A stretch of DNA of 64,000 nt from Myxococcota bacterium. Lineage in GTDB: Bacteria > Myxococcota_A > UBA9160 > UBA6930. Position 1 is the first letter of the stretch; each line of letters begins with the position of its first letter. Location of the stretch: assembly GCA_965223705.1 (NCBI GenBank), contig OZ245015.1, positions 3,392,001-3,456,000 on the forward strand. Reading direction: 5' to 3'. The translations under genes were made by a program, and so were the position numbers. The notes beneath the pieces were generated by a model. It searched no databases, was not told the origin of the DNA, and saw nothing but the letters and a program-made list of their open reading frames with translations. Of the stretch, positions 28,430-37,817 are shown one piece after another.

Positions 28430-28936
28430 ATGGTCCGCCTGCTACCCGGACTTTGTATCGGTTTCGCGCTCTCGTTCGTCGCCTCGGGCGGCCCGGCCGC
28501 CGAACCGAGCGGCTTTCAGCCGCCGGGCTCTCCTCTCACCGACCGCGAGATCGAGAACTTGCAGACGGTCGTATTCCCAGACGGCACGGGTCTGCCTCGC
28601 GGTTCTGGCAACGCAGCCGCCGGAAAGAACCTGTTCGCGCAACGCTGTGCGGCCTGCCACGGGCCCGCGGGACGCGGGGGTCCAGCAGGCGCCCTCGTCG
28701 CCGACCCAAGAAGCGAACTTCGCACGGTGACGACCTATTGGCCCTACGCGACGACTCTATTCGACTACGTGCGTCGCGCGATGCCCTACGACGCACCCGG
28801 ATCGCTCGAAGCTGAAGAGGTCTACGCAGTCGTCGCCTACATCCTCTCGGAGGGAAACGTCATCCCGTCCGACGAACGTCTGGACAAAACCACCCTGCCC
28901 CGCGTCGTGATGCCCGGCCGCCAGCGCTTTCCCTGA
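28430..28936 (+). CDS. soxD: Monohaem cytochrome c, SoxD-like
   Basis: Signal peptide, PDGTGLP.GSG, CAACHG and YWPYATTLFDYVRRAMP. Confidence 0.82.
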   Translation: MVRLLPGLCIGFALSFVASGGPAAEPSGFQPPGSPLTDREIENLQTVVFPDGTGLPRGSGNAAAGKNLFAQRCAACHGPAGRGGPAGALVADPRSELRTVTTYWPYATTLFDYVRRAMPYDAPGSLEAEEVYAVVAYILSEGNVIPSDERLDKTTLPRVVMPGRQRFP

Positions 28937-28949
28937 CTCGCGATCCGCT

Positions 28950-30191
28950 TCAGGAGCTGATCTCCTCGAGCTCTTTGCCCTTGGTCTCGGACACGACGAC
29001 CAAGATGATCGGTATGCACACAAAAGGTACGAGGGCCACGAACGCTACGGCTTGTCCGACCGACCCGAGAGCGGCAGAGAGCCCCCCTACGATCGCAGGA
29101 GCGAGCGCCATCCCGGTACGGCCGAGCAGGTTGTTGACCACCGCGTTCGCCGTGCCGCGGATGGCCGTCGGGAAGATCTCGCTCGTAATCGTCGCGGCGA
29201 TCGGCCACAACGCGTGCATCGCAAGCACCACGACGTAAGCCACCGTGATTGTTGCCGCCGCCTCCGCGGTAAAGCACACGTAGGCTGCCGTCGCTCCGAC
29301 CGCGAAGTAGAGCGTGGCCGTGAGCCGCCTTCCGGCGAAATCGAGCATCGGGCCTGCCGTGACGTAGCCGATCACGGCGAGCGCGTAGGCCAATGTCAGG
29401 GCGTAGCTAACCGCGGCGGGTTCCCAGGCACGCTCATTGGTCACGTAGTAGGAGAAGAAGAAAAGACAGCACGAGCTCCAAGCATTCAGGGTAAACCAGA
29501 TCGCGGTACCGGCCAGAACGCGTCTCCTGTACGCCGGCCGAAGCAAGACCCCGAGTGTCTTGAAGCTCGCAACGAGCGATTCCTCGGGCCTGTCGTCCTC
29601 GCGAGTAAACCGCTGTGTTTCTTCGAGTCTCCCCCAATAGACCGGAAGCACAAAGAACAGCGCACCGCCGATCAGGTACAGCGTGCGCCACCCGAACTCG
29701 GTGTCGACGAGGTAAGGGAACACCGCCGATCCGAGCACACCGCCCGCGAGACTCGCCGCGAACATCAGCGTCACAGCGGCGCCGCGCCACCGCGCGGGCA
29801 TCTCTTCGGTGAGGATGATCGCCCCCAACCCAATTTCCGTCACCATGAACATCCGGGCGACGAACTGGTACGCAACGAAGTCGTAAAGCCCCGCCGCGAA
29901 AGCGCTCAGGATGGTGAACAGGGTGTAGCCGGCGATCGCCGTGAGAAATACCGCCCGGCGACCATAGCGGTCGGCGAGTCGCACCGGGATGAACGCGACG
30001 ATGGTCCCGACGTTGATGATCCCGACCGCCGCGCCGAGGGTTTGTGAGCTCGCGCCGAACTCGGTCCCGAGATACGGCAGCGCGAGATTGATGATCAGGA
30101 GGTCATAGCCTTCAAACAGGGTTGCGAGGCACACGAAGAAGAGCAGATGCAGCCGGTAGTTCTTCCCGCGCTCCGACGGAGGGCCGAACAC
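28950..30191 (-). CDS. MFS transporter (aromatic acid/sugar porter-like)
   Basis: About 12 TM segments, LADRYGRR and EIFPTAIRGTA motifs, C-terminal ETKGKELEEI. Confidence 0.9.
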   Translation of the reverse strand: MFGPPSERGKNYRLHLLFFVCLATLFEGYDLLIINLALPYLGTEFGASSQTLGAAVGIINVGTIVAFIPVRLADRYGRRAVFLTAIAGYTLFTILSAFAAGLYDFVAYQFVARMFMVTEIGLGAIILTEEMPARWRGAAVTLMFAASLAGGVLGSAVFPYLVDTEFGWRTLYLIGGALFFVLPVYWGRLEETQRFTREDDRPEESLVASFKTLGVLLRPAYRRRVLAGTAIWFTLNAWSSCCLFFFSYYVTNERAWEPAAVSYALTLAYALAVIGYVTAGPMLDFAGRRLTATLYFAVGATAAYVCFTAEAAATITVAYVVVLAMHALWPIAATITSEIFPTAIRGTANAVVNNLLGRTGMALAPAIVGGLSAALGSVGQAVAFVALVPFVCIPIILVVVSETKGKELEEISS

Positions 30192-30197
30192 CGGGAT

Positions 30198-31214
30198 CTA
30201 TTGTTTCGGCGCGAAGCGTTCCCACGCGCGCGCCGGTTCCGGTAGGGGTGGCTGCACGCTGGGCGGTGTTGCTGGGTCACCTCCCGTTTCGAACGCGACA
30301 TGATCCTTGAAGTAGAAGACGTGTTGATCGAACTGCCCGACCTCATCCTTGGTGAGTGTGATCGTGTGGCTGTCGAGCAGCGTGTGCGGATGGCGTTTTA
30401 CCCACTCGTCCGCAGCGAGCAACCCGTAGGCGCCTGGGATGTTGACGCCCTCCACGTAGTAGTGGCCAGGGATGACGATGTTGGCCTTCGTCTTCTTCAT
30501 GACCTCGTCCGCCCAATCCTGGCTCAGGATGTGCCCCTCATCGCTGACCGCTAGAATCGCGACGTCGATATCGCCGATCATCTTCCAAACGTGCTCGGGC
30601 GGATTCTGGCGGTTGTCACCCCAGTGCAAGATGCGGAGTCCGCCGGTCTCGACCACGTAAAGACTGTTGTCCCACTGAAGGGTTTCGTTCGGCGGGCACG
30701 GGTCTTCGTCGATCAGAGATTTCACGAGCTTCCGATATTCGATGTCGCTCTGCGTTTCGCAGACGTGTTTTTCGGCGATGCCCGTGATCTTGACGTCCGC
30801 CAGGCGAAACACCCCGGCCATCCGCTCCATCACCATGTCGGCGTGGAGTCGATCAATCGCATCGTGGTCGAAGTGCGCGTGGGTGACGAGGCCGATATCC
30901 GTTCGCTGAACCGGCATGTCGCGCATGTACCAGGGTGGGTACATCCCCGTGATGTCGTTTCGCCAGGGATCGATGAACACCTGAACGCCGCGCGGCGAAG
31001 TGATTTCAAAGGCGATATTGCCGTAGAAAGCGATGGTGACCTTGCCTCGATCTTCGTGCAGTCCGCCGTACACTTGCGCTGCAATGGCGCGATCGTTGTT
31101 GTGCTTCTGGAGCTGTGCGCTTCCGCCGTGGCCACCGTGCGCATGAACTGCGGCTCCGGAGAAGAGGACCAACAACGAGGTGATCGAGGCCCAGCACCGG
31201 AGTTTTCTGCTCAT
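30198..31214 (-). CDS. Exported metallo-beta-lactamase-fold hydrolase
   Basis: Signal peptide, IDPW, THAHFDH, ILHWGD and IPGHY. GAAGGAGG RBS before ATG 31214. Confidence 0.85.
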   Translation of the reverse strand: MSRKLRCWASITSLLVLFSGAAVHAHGGHGGSAQLQKHNNDRAIAAQVYGGLHEDRGKVTIAFYGNIAFEITSPRGVQVFIDPWRNDITGMYPPWYMRDMPVQRTDIGLVTHAHFDHDAIDRLHADMVMERMAGVFRLADVKITGIAEKHVCETQSDIEYRKLVKSLIDEDPCPPNETLQWDNSLYVVETGGLRILHWGDNRQNPPEHVWKMIGDIDVAILAVSDEGHILSQDWADEVMKKTKANIVIPGHYYVEGVNIPGAYGLLAADEWVKRHPHTLLDSHTITLTKDEVGQFDQHVFYFKDHVAFETGGDPATPPSVQPPLPEPARAWERFAPKQ

Positions 31215-31349
31215 CGTTCCTCCTTCGAGCACAGTCTCGTGCCACAACCGCCATCGGACCACCCGCGAACCCCGTCCGTCAAGTGTTCGCTCATGTACGG
31301 CGGAACGCGTTACGCTTCCTCGCGTCGCCAATCGACGGAGGGCTGACAC

Positions 31350-32378
31350 ATGGCTTCAAATTCGGTGAGCACCGGTCACATTGAGATGCCGGATCACAAC
31401 CCGACAGAGCGCTTCTCGAACCCGGTCCCCAAAGAGGGGGAAGACGGCCTGTTCACCCAAAGTTGGTTCCCGCTTTGTCTCGGGGAGGCGCTGAAGCCGG
31501 GCGATCTGCTCGGCGTTCCGTTTCTCGATGGAAAGGTCATCGTATATCGGGGTTCCGACGGGGTCGCGCGCGTGATGAGTGCATACTGTCCGCACCTGGG
31601 TTCAGACCTCTCGATCGGGCGCGTGGTCGGAGACCACGTGGAATGCGTGTTTCACCGCTGGCACTACGACACGAACGGACGATGCGTGAAGACCGCCATC
31701 GGCGATGATCCCCCGGCGCGAGCGCGCCTCTTCAAGTTCCCATCGCAAGAGCGCTTCGGCATTGTCTGGGCATTCAATGGAAACGAGCCTCTTTTTGACC
31801 TCCCGGATTTCGAGTACCCGGACGGCGATCTGCTCATCCGCTCCTACCGCTTCGAAGAAGCCTTTGAATGCGATCCGTTCGTGTTCGCGGCGAATACGCC
31901 CGACATGCAGCACTTCAAAGTCGTCCACGGCATCCGTTTCGATGACGAGGACCCGCACAAGCAAGTGGATTGGCAGCGCTGGGGATTCCGCTACGGCTTC
32001 AGTGCCAACCACCAGGACGGGACGCCCATCCGTTGGAAGGTCGGGATTCGCGGAACCAGCATCTTCTGGCAGGAAGGGCTCTACGGGGAAACTTGGCTCG
32101 GCGGATTGGTAGGCTTCGCGATGCTCGAACCGGGCCGCCACCGCGTATTTGCAGCCCTCGCGATCCGCGACGGTGGTGGAGAGGAAAACCTTCACGAGGA
32201 ACTCTTCACCGGAGCCGAGCAGCTGATGCACCGGACGATCAATGAAGATCGAGACATCCTCAACACGATCCACTACCGCCCCGGAACGCTGACGCAAGGC
32301 GATACAACGCTGGGTCGCTACCTCAAGTTCCTGCGCGACTTTCCCCGCGCCCATCCGTCGGGACCGTTTCTGCGCTGA
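31350..32378 (+). CDS. Rieske non-heme iron oxygenase (alpha-only type)
   Basis: AYCPHLG...CVFHRW and NTPDMQHFKVVH. Alternative start at 31386. Confidence 0.85.
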   Translation: MASNSVSTGHIEMPDHNPTERFSNPVPKEGEDGLFTQSWFPLCLGEALKPGDLLGVPFLDGKVIVYRGSDGVARVMSAYCPHLGSDLSIGRVVGDHVECVFHRWHYDTNGRCVKTAIGDDPPARARLFKFPSQERFGIVWAFNGNEPLFDLPDFEYPDGDLLIRSYRFEEAFECDPFVFAANTPDMQHFKVVHGIRFDDEDPHKQVDWQRWGFRYGFSANHQDGTPIRWKVGIRGTSIFWQEGLYGETWLGGLVGFAMLEPGRHRVFAALAIRDGGGEENLHEELFTGAEQLMHRTINEDRDILNTIHYRPGTLTQGDTTLGRYLKFLRDFPRAHPSGPFLR

Positions 32379-32410
32379 GCGCGCGCGTTGCCACCAACAG
32401 GGGGCTGCTG

Positions 32411-33487
32411 ATGCTCGAGATCGGGATTTTTCTACCGATCGCCAAGGGTGGATTCATCGTGTCGCGGCATGTGCCGGACACCTGGCCGACCTGGGAGCTC
32501 AATCGCGACGTGACTCTCCGTTGCGAGTCCTTGGGCTTCGATTTCGCTCTGTCGATGGTGAAGTTCCGAGGGTTCGGCGGAGAAACCGAGTACTGGGACT
32601 ACGCACTGGACTCCTTCACGCTGACCGCGTCACTCGCGGCGATGACCTCTCGGATCCGATTGATTCCGTCGGTCACGAATCTCACCCTGCACCCTGCGGT
32701 CAGCGCGAGGATGGCGGTCACGATCGAAGCCGTATGCCCGGGTCGATTCGGGCTCAACATCGTCTCGGGCTGGTACAAAGACGAGTTCCAACAGATGGGG
32801 CTGTGGCCGGGTGACCAGCACTTCGAGAGCCGATACGACTACGCCACCGAATACGTGCAGGTCTTGCGCTCTCTCTGGGATACGGGTCGTTGCGATTTTC
32901 GAGGCACTTATTTCGAGCTCGAGAACGCGGAGATCAAACCGCAACCCAGCACGCCCATCCCGCTCGTATGCGCGGGCCAATCCGCTCGGGGTATCCGGTT
33001 TACCGCCGAGTGCGGTGATCGGAATTTCGTGATTGCGGGCGGCAACACCCACGACATCGAGGCGGACATCCGCGCGCTGCTTCACATCACGACCGAGCTA
33101 CAGGAACAGGCCAGAGCGCTCCACCGCGAAGTGGGAACGATCGGCTTGTTCAATATCATTGCCGCCGACACCGACGCGGAGGCAAAGCGTCGGTTCGACT
33201 ACATTGTCGAGGGCGCCGACGAAACCGCCCTGGCGAACCTTGTCGACCAAGCAGAACTCGACCCGTCCGAGGGCATGTCGGAGAGCTTGAAACGGAAGTC
33301 CATGTTCATGGGCCTTCCGACGCTGGTCGGCGGGTGGGAGACTGTCGCGAACTACCTCGATCGACTGCACCGAGAGGCGCGCCTCGATGCCTGTATGTTT
33401 GCCTTTCCCGATTTCGTACGGGATATCGAGGATTTCGGAACCCACATCCAACCGCGGATGGACGCGCGCCGCGACGCGCTCGCGTAG
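32411..33487 (+). CDS. LLM-class flavin monooxygenase, RutA-like
   Basis: IGIFLPI, FDFALSMVKFRGFGGETEYWD, GRFGLNIVSGW..EF.QMGLWPGD and CAGQS. Confidence 0.85.
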   Translation: MLEIGIFLPIAKGGFIVSRHVPDTWPTWELNRDVTLRCESLGFDFALSMVKFRGFGGETEYWDYALDSFTLTASLAAMTSRIRLIPSVTNLTLHPAVSARMAVTIEAVCPGRFGLNIVSGWYKDEFQQMGLWPGDQHFESRYDYATEYVQVLRSLWDTGRCDFRGTYFELENAEIKPQPSTPIPLVCAGQSARGIRFTAECGDRNFVIAGGNTHDIEADIRALLHITTELQEQARALHREVGTIGLFNIIAADTDAEAKRRFDYIVEGADETALANLVDQAELDPSEGMSESLKRKSMFMGLPTLVGGWETVANYLDRLHREARLDACMFAFPDFVRDIEDFGTHIQPRMDARRDALA

Positions 33488-33495
33488 GAGAGAGC

Positions 33496-34239
33496 ATGCC
33501 GGACGTCGTCGGATTTCGCGCGAAGATGGGCGTGATCATCCCTTCCACGAACACGGTCGTCGAGTCCGACTTCTCGGAACTGAGGATTCCGGGCGTGACA
33601 TTCCACAGCGGTCGCATCTACATCGGACAGCCGAATCTCTCCTCGGACGAGGCGATGGAAGAGCTGCTCGCGCAGGTGGATCGCGCCATCGAAATCGCGG
33701 CGCGCGACGTACTCACGTGCCTCCCGGATTACCTCGTGATGGGGATGTCGGCGCCGACTTTTTGGGGCGGCGCCGAGGGCAGCCTCCGCTTCTCCGAAAA
33801 GATGAAACGATTGTCCGGACTCGACATCTCGACGGGTTCCGAAGCCTGCTCGGCGGCGCTTGAGACGCTCGGCGCAAAGCGAATCGCTGTCTTCACTCCA
33901 TACCAGCCCATCATGAGGGAACAGATCGTTCGCTATTTCGAGGAGCGCGGTTTCGAGGTACCGCGTTACAAGGACTTGCGGTGCGAAAGTGCGACGGCCA
34001 TCGCCGAGATTCGCCCCGAGGCGCTGCGACCTGTCCTCAAAGAGCTCGACGGAGATGATATCGACGCCATCGTTCAGTGCGGGACGAACCTCTCGATGAT
34101 CCGTCTCGCCGACGACGCGGAGGGGTGGCTCGGGAAACCCGTCATCGCCATCAACACCGCAACCCTGTGGCACGCCTATCGGCAGAACGGCTTGGACGAC
34201 CGGATCTACGGGTTCGGTTCCCTGATGAGTCGGCACTAG
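33496..34239 (+). CDS. Asp/Glu racemase superfamily (maleate isomerase / arylmalonate decarboxylase-like)
   Basis: GVIIPSTNTVVESD, IAVFTPY, DAIVQCGTNL and LGKPVIAINTA. Confidence 0.85.
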   Translation: MPDVVGFRAKMGVIIPSTNTVVESDFSELRIPGVTFHSGRIYIGQPNLSSDEAMEELLAQVDRAIEIAARDVLTCLPDYLVMGMSAPTFWGGAEGSLRFSEKMKRLSGLDISTGSEACSAALETLGAKRIAVFTPYQPIMREQIVRYFEERGFEVPRYKDLRCESATAIAEIRPEALRPVLKELDGDDIDAIVQCGTNLSMIRLADDAEGWLGKPVIAINTATLWHAYRQNGLDDRIYGFGSLMSRH

Positions 34240-34259
34240 CGACGCGAAAGGAGGCCGCG

Positions 34260-34571
34260 GTGGTCTATGAGATGCGCACGTATACCCTTCACCCGGGCAA
34301 GGTCCCCGAGTTTGAGGCACTCATTCAAAACGAGGCGCTGCCTCACCTGACGAAATACGGAACACTCGTCGGTTGGTGGTCGACGGAGATCGGTCCGCTC
34401 AACGAAGTAATTCATCTGTGGTCTTACGATGACCTCGCGCACCGCGAGCGTTCCCGCCGGCTGCAGGCGGAAGATCTGACGCTGGCGGCTTTCCGGCCCA
34501 AAGCGCAGCAACTCGTCGCGAGTCAGGAGAACAAGATCCTTGTGCCATCGAACTTTTCTCCGCTTCGGTAG
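34260..34571 (+). CDS. NIPSNAP family protein
   Basis: YEMRTYTL, GWWSTEIGPLNEVIHLWSY and NFSPLR. AAGGAGG RBS. Confidence 0.9.
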   Translation: MVYEMRTYTLHPGKVPEFEALIQNEALPHLTKYGTLVGWWSTEIGPLNEVIHLWSYDDLAHRERSRRLQAEDLTLAAFRPKAQQLVASQENKILVPSNFSPLR

Positions 34572-34586
34572 TCGCTGAGCCACCGC

Positions 34587-35633
34587 ATGACTCTCCTCGT
34601 TCTGTATATCCTGCTGGCGATCGGCGTCTCGTTCGTTTGCTCGGTACTCGAAGCCGTACTGCTGAGCGTCACGCCGGCCTATATCGGTGTCCTCGAAAAA
34701 GAGCGGCCGCGAGCGGCCGAGCGACTGCGGAAACTAAAGGCGGACATCGATCGCCCGCTGGCGACGATTTTGAGTCTCAACACCATCGCACACACGATCG
34801 GCGCAGCAGGGGCCGGGGCTCAGGCGGCCTCGGTGTTTGGAAGCGCGTGGATCGGCGTCTTCTCTGCGGTGCTGACGCTCGCGATTCTCGTTCTCTCGGA
34901 GATCATCCCGAAGACGCTCGGGGCGGTCTACTGGCGCGAGCTCGCCCCCGGAACGAGCCGTGTGCTGGCCGTTCTCATCCGGGTCCTCATCCCTTTCGTT
35001 TGGCTTTCGCAGTGGATCACGCGCCTCATCGCTCCCGGCTCCAAGTCAGAATCCGTCAGCCGGGACGAGCTGGTCGCGCTCGCGACACTCGGCGCCGAGC
35101 AGGGAGTCGTGCAACGTCGCGAAGCCAGGATCCTCAAGAACCTGATGCGTTTCAATGAGCTTACGGCCCAGGACATCATGACACCGCGAACCGTGCTATT
35201 CGCCGCCCCGGAGACCTCATCGGTATCGGCGCTCGTGGAGCGCCAACCTTTCTTTTCTCGTATCCCGATCTACGACGACGATCTCGATCAGGTGACCGGC
35301 TATGTCCTGAAAGACGCCGTACTCGAGCGGCTTTCGGCGGGGTTGCCCGAAACGAAGCTTCTCGAAATCCGCCGCGAGATCCTGGCAGTTCCTCACAAGC
35401 TCTCGTTGCCCGAGCTCTTCGATCGGTTGCTCGAGCGTCGCGAACACATCGCCCTCGTCGTAGGGAAGTTCGGAGGCACGGCGGGCGTCGTCACGATGGA
35501 GGACGTTATCGAAACGCTCCTCGGTCTCGAGATCGTCGACGAGGTCGACGAAAACATGGATATGCAACAGGTCGCGCGAGAACGCTGGGCGGAACGGGCC
35601 GCGAAGATGGGTATCACGATCCCCGAACCGTGA
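34587..35633 (+). CDS. CNNM/DUF21 + CBS domain membrane protein (CorC/HlyC family)
   Basis: SVLEAVLLS, ILSLNTIAHT, EIIPKT, DIMTPR, SRIPIY and GVVTMEDVIETLLG. Confidence 0.9.
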   Translation: MTLLVLYILLAIGVSFVCSVLEAVLLSVTPAYIGVLEKERPRAAERLRKLKADIDRPLATILSLNTIAHTIGAAGAGAQAASVFGSAWIGVFSAVLTLAILVLSEIIPKTLGAVYWRELAPGTSRVLAVLIRVLIPFVWLSQWITRLIAPGSKSESVSRDELVALATLGAEQGVVQRREARILKNLMRFNELTAQDIMTPRTVLFAAPETSSVSALVERQPFFSRIPIYDDDLDQVTGYVLKDAVLERLSAGLPETKLLEIRREILAVPHKLSLPELFDRLLERREHIALVVGKFGGTAGVVTMEDVIETLLGLEIVDEVDENMDMQQVARERWAERAAKMGITIPEP

Positions 35634-35660
35634 CCCGGCGAGAACTCGCCGGCGATCAGT

Positions 35661-36035
35661 CTAGTCTTCAGCGCCGTTCGGAGCGTCGATCGCAAAAAGC
35701 CAGGTGCCGTCCGATTGCTGACGTACCAGCTCGACAGAACGCCCGCTCATCTCGATCGAGCCACCGTCCGGCCCGGTGCCCACGAGTTTCCAAGTGCCGC
35801 GGGTTACGGCGACATCGCCCGTCCGAATCGTCTCCTTCGGCTCCATGGTGAGACTCGGCTTCGTCGCGATGAACGCCTCCATGACCGAGCGGATTGCGTC
35901 GGTCCCTGTGACCGTGCCTTCTTCGGTCACAAAAGCGGCTTCGGGCTCATAGAGCGCAACGGCGGCCTCGAGGTCGCCTCGGTTGATCGCGTCGATGAGT
36001 TGCACGTTGACTTCTTCGGGAGTGTTGGCAGCCAT
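35661..36035 (-). CDS. SnoaL/NTF2-like (DUF4440/YybH-like) protein
   Basis: AINRGDLEAAVALYEPEA and ELVRQQSDGTWLFAID. Start ATG 36035. Confidence 0.85.
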   Translation of the reverse strand: MAANTPEEVNVQLIDAINRGDLEAAVALYEPEAAFVTEEGTVTGTDAIRSVMEAFIATKPSLTMEPKETIRTGDVAVTRGTWKLVGTGPDGGSIEMSGRSVELVRQQSDGTWLFAIDAPNGAED

Positions 36036-36101
36036 GGCGGCTCTCCTTGGGTGGGTTGGTCCATAGACCATCTCACATCCGCTCGCGCTCGACGACCGTT
36101 A

Positions 36102-36512
36102 TCATGCGCGCTCCTCCTCAAAGATCTCCGCGGCAAGAGCGCTATTCGCGAAATCCCGAAAGCGGTACCACTTGGCCTCTCGCATGGTGATGATGTGCGC
36201 GAAGTCGGAGCGGAACTCGCGCCCCGCTCGCTTTGTGCGGAACAACTGACTTCCCCAGACCGCGAGGTCGTCGCCCTGCTCGATGAACAACTTGGGCTCC
36301 ATTTCGACGACCTCGACCGAACCGGCGACCGCCTGGAGAAAGGCTCCCACACCTTCGGTCCCCCGGTAGGTCCCGGCGTACGGAATGGCTTCCGTGCCGT
36401 AGTAAGTGATCTCGACGTCAGGATGCATGCAGGCGAACACGGTCTCCGCGTCTCCCGCCGGCACCGCGCGATACAACGCGCGCGTCACTTCTACGTTTCG
36501 ACTCTCATCCAC
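36102..36512 (-). CDS. SnoaL/NTF2-like (ketosteroid isomerase-like) protein
   Basis: ALYRAV..GD..HPDVE, PYAGTYRG and FAHIITMR. Overlaps the P450 3' end. Confidence 0.85.
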   Translation of the reverse strand: MDESRNVEVTRALYRAVPAGDAETVFACMHPDVEITYYGTEAIPYAGTYRGTEGVGAFLQAVAGSVEVVEMEPKLFIEQGDDLAVWGSQLFRTKRAGREFRSDFAHIITMREAKWYRFRDFANSALAAEIFEEERA

Positions 36513-37737
36513 GGTGTTTTCCTTTCCCGGCCGAGGCCAGCCGGATGGGAAGGGACGCAAATGCGTGCGTCAGTAGATTCGCCTGCTGCTTCCGGGGCGC
36601 GGCGGCACCGAGCGCGATTTCGGGAAAACGCTCGAGCAGCGATGCCACGACGGCGGAAACCTCGAGACGGGCGAGATGGGCACCCAAACAGAAGTGGACG
36701 CCTCGGCCGAAGCTCAGGTGCTGATTCACGTTCGAGCGATCGATATCGAACGCGTCCGGATCGGGGAACACTTCGGGGTCGCGGTTGGCGGCGCCGTAGA
36801 ACAGCGCGACCCAATCGCCTTCGCGAACCTTTGCGTGGCGGATCTCCACGTCGCGCGTCGCAATTCGGAACAGCCGTTGTGGCGGACCCGTGAGGCGTAA
36901 CGTCTCTTCGATGAACGGTCCGATCAGATTCTGGTCGGCGGCGACCCGATCGCGAAGCGGCGAGCGTTGCGCCAGCTCAAAAACCACGTTCGCGATGAGT
37001 CCAGTGGTCGTCTCGGCGCCAGCGACGAGCAACGTGATGCAGAAACGAGCCACCTCTTCCGGTGTCAGGCGCTCGCCATCTACTTCCGCGTCGAGGAGCG
37101 CCCGCGTGAGATGGTCCCAAGACTCTCCCTTCCCCTCGATCACGCGCGCGACGTGCTCCATCACGTACTGCACCATCTGCGCGTTGCTCGCGTTCCGCTC
37201 CTCCGGCGTGAGATCGGCGGAAAGCATGAACGCTGGCGCCCAAGACTCCAGCAGCCGTGCGTCGGATCCGGGAAAGCCGAGCAACCGCGCCATTACAAGG
37301 GCCGGAACACGCGCGGCGACGGCCGACACGAACTCGACCTCGCCTTCGCCGAGTTCGTCCCAGAGTTGCGTTAGGGCTTCGTTCACCCAAGGGCGAAGCG
37401 CCTCGATACGTCTCCGGGTGAACGCGGCACTCACTAGACGCCGAAGCGGCGCGTGCTCCGGCTCGTCGTGATTCACGAGCATGAGCGTGGGCGCGTCGGA
37501 AGCGTCCTGCCTGGGGTCGCGCGAAGAGAACAGGACGTTGTCCCGAGCAGCGCGGTCCACATCGGCGTAGCGGAGAAGCACCCACGCCGTGACGGGCTCG
37601 TCTTGGCCGGGCACCGTGCCCGGCGGAAAGTCCCGGAGGCCCCACAACGGCGAGGCCGCGCGCAGCGCGTCGTAAGCCGGATACGGATCGGCGATGACTT
37701 CGGGACGCGTCAGGTCGGATGCTTGGGAAATCTCCAC
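36505..37737 (-). CDS. Cytochrome P450
   Basis: LLVAGAETT (I-helix), EETLR (ExxR), AANRDP and HLSFGRGVHFCLG (haem Cys). Confidence 0.95.
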   Translation of the reverse strand: MEISQASDLTRPEVIADPYPAYDALRAASPLWGLRDFPPGTVPGQDEPVTAWVLLRYADVDRAARDNVLFSSRDPRQDASDAPTLMLVNHDEPEHAPLRRLVSAAFTRRRIEALRPWVNEALTQLWDELGEGEVEFVSAVAARVPALVMARLLGFPGSDARLLESWAPAFMLSADLTPEERNASNAQMVQYVMEHVARVIEGKGESWDHLTRALLDAEVDGERLTPEEVARFCITLLVAGAETTTGLIANVVFELAQRSPLRDRVAADQNLIGPFIEETLRLTGPPQRLFRIATRDVEIRHAKVREGDWVALFYGAANRDPEVFPDPDAFDIDRSNVNQHLSFGRGVHFCLGAHLARLEVSAVVASLLERFPEIALGAAAPRKQQANLLTHAFASLPIRLASAGKGKHRG

Positions 37738-37756
37738 GACGGTCTCTCCTCGGTTA

Positions 37757-37782
37757 AATATGTCCTTTGGACACTATGTCCT
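37757..37782. promoter_or_regulatory. Candidate MarR operator between P450 and marR
   Basis: Inverted repeat TGTCC-TTT-GGACA (37761-37773) and a second TATGTCCT copy in the short divergent intergenic region. Confidence 0.5.
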
Positions 37783-37817
37783 AGAGAAACAATTGGTTCA
37801 AGGCTAATCTCGAAGCG

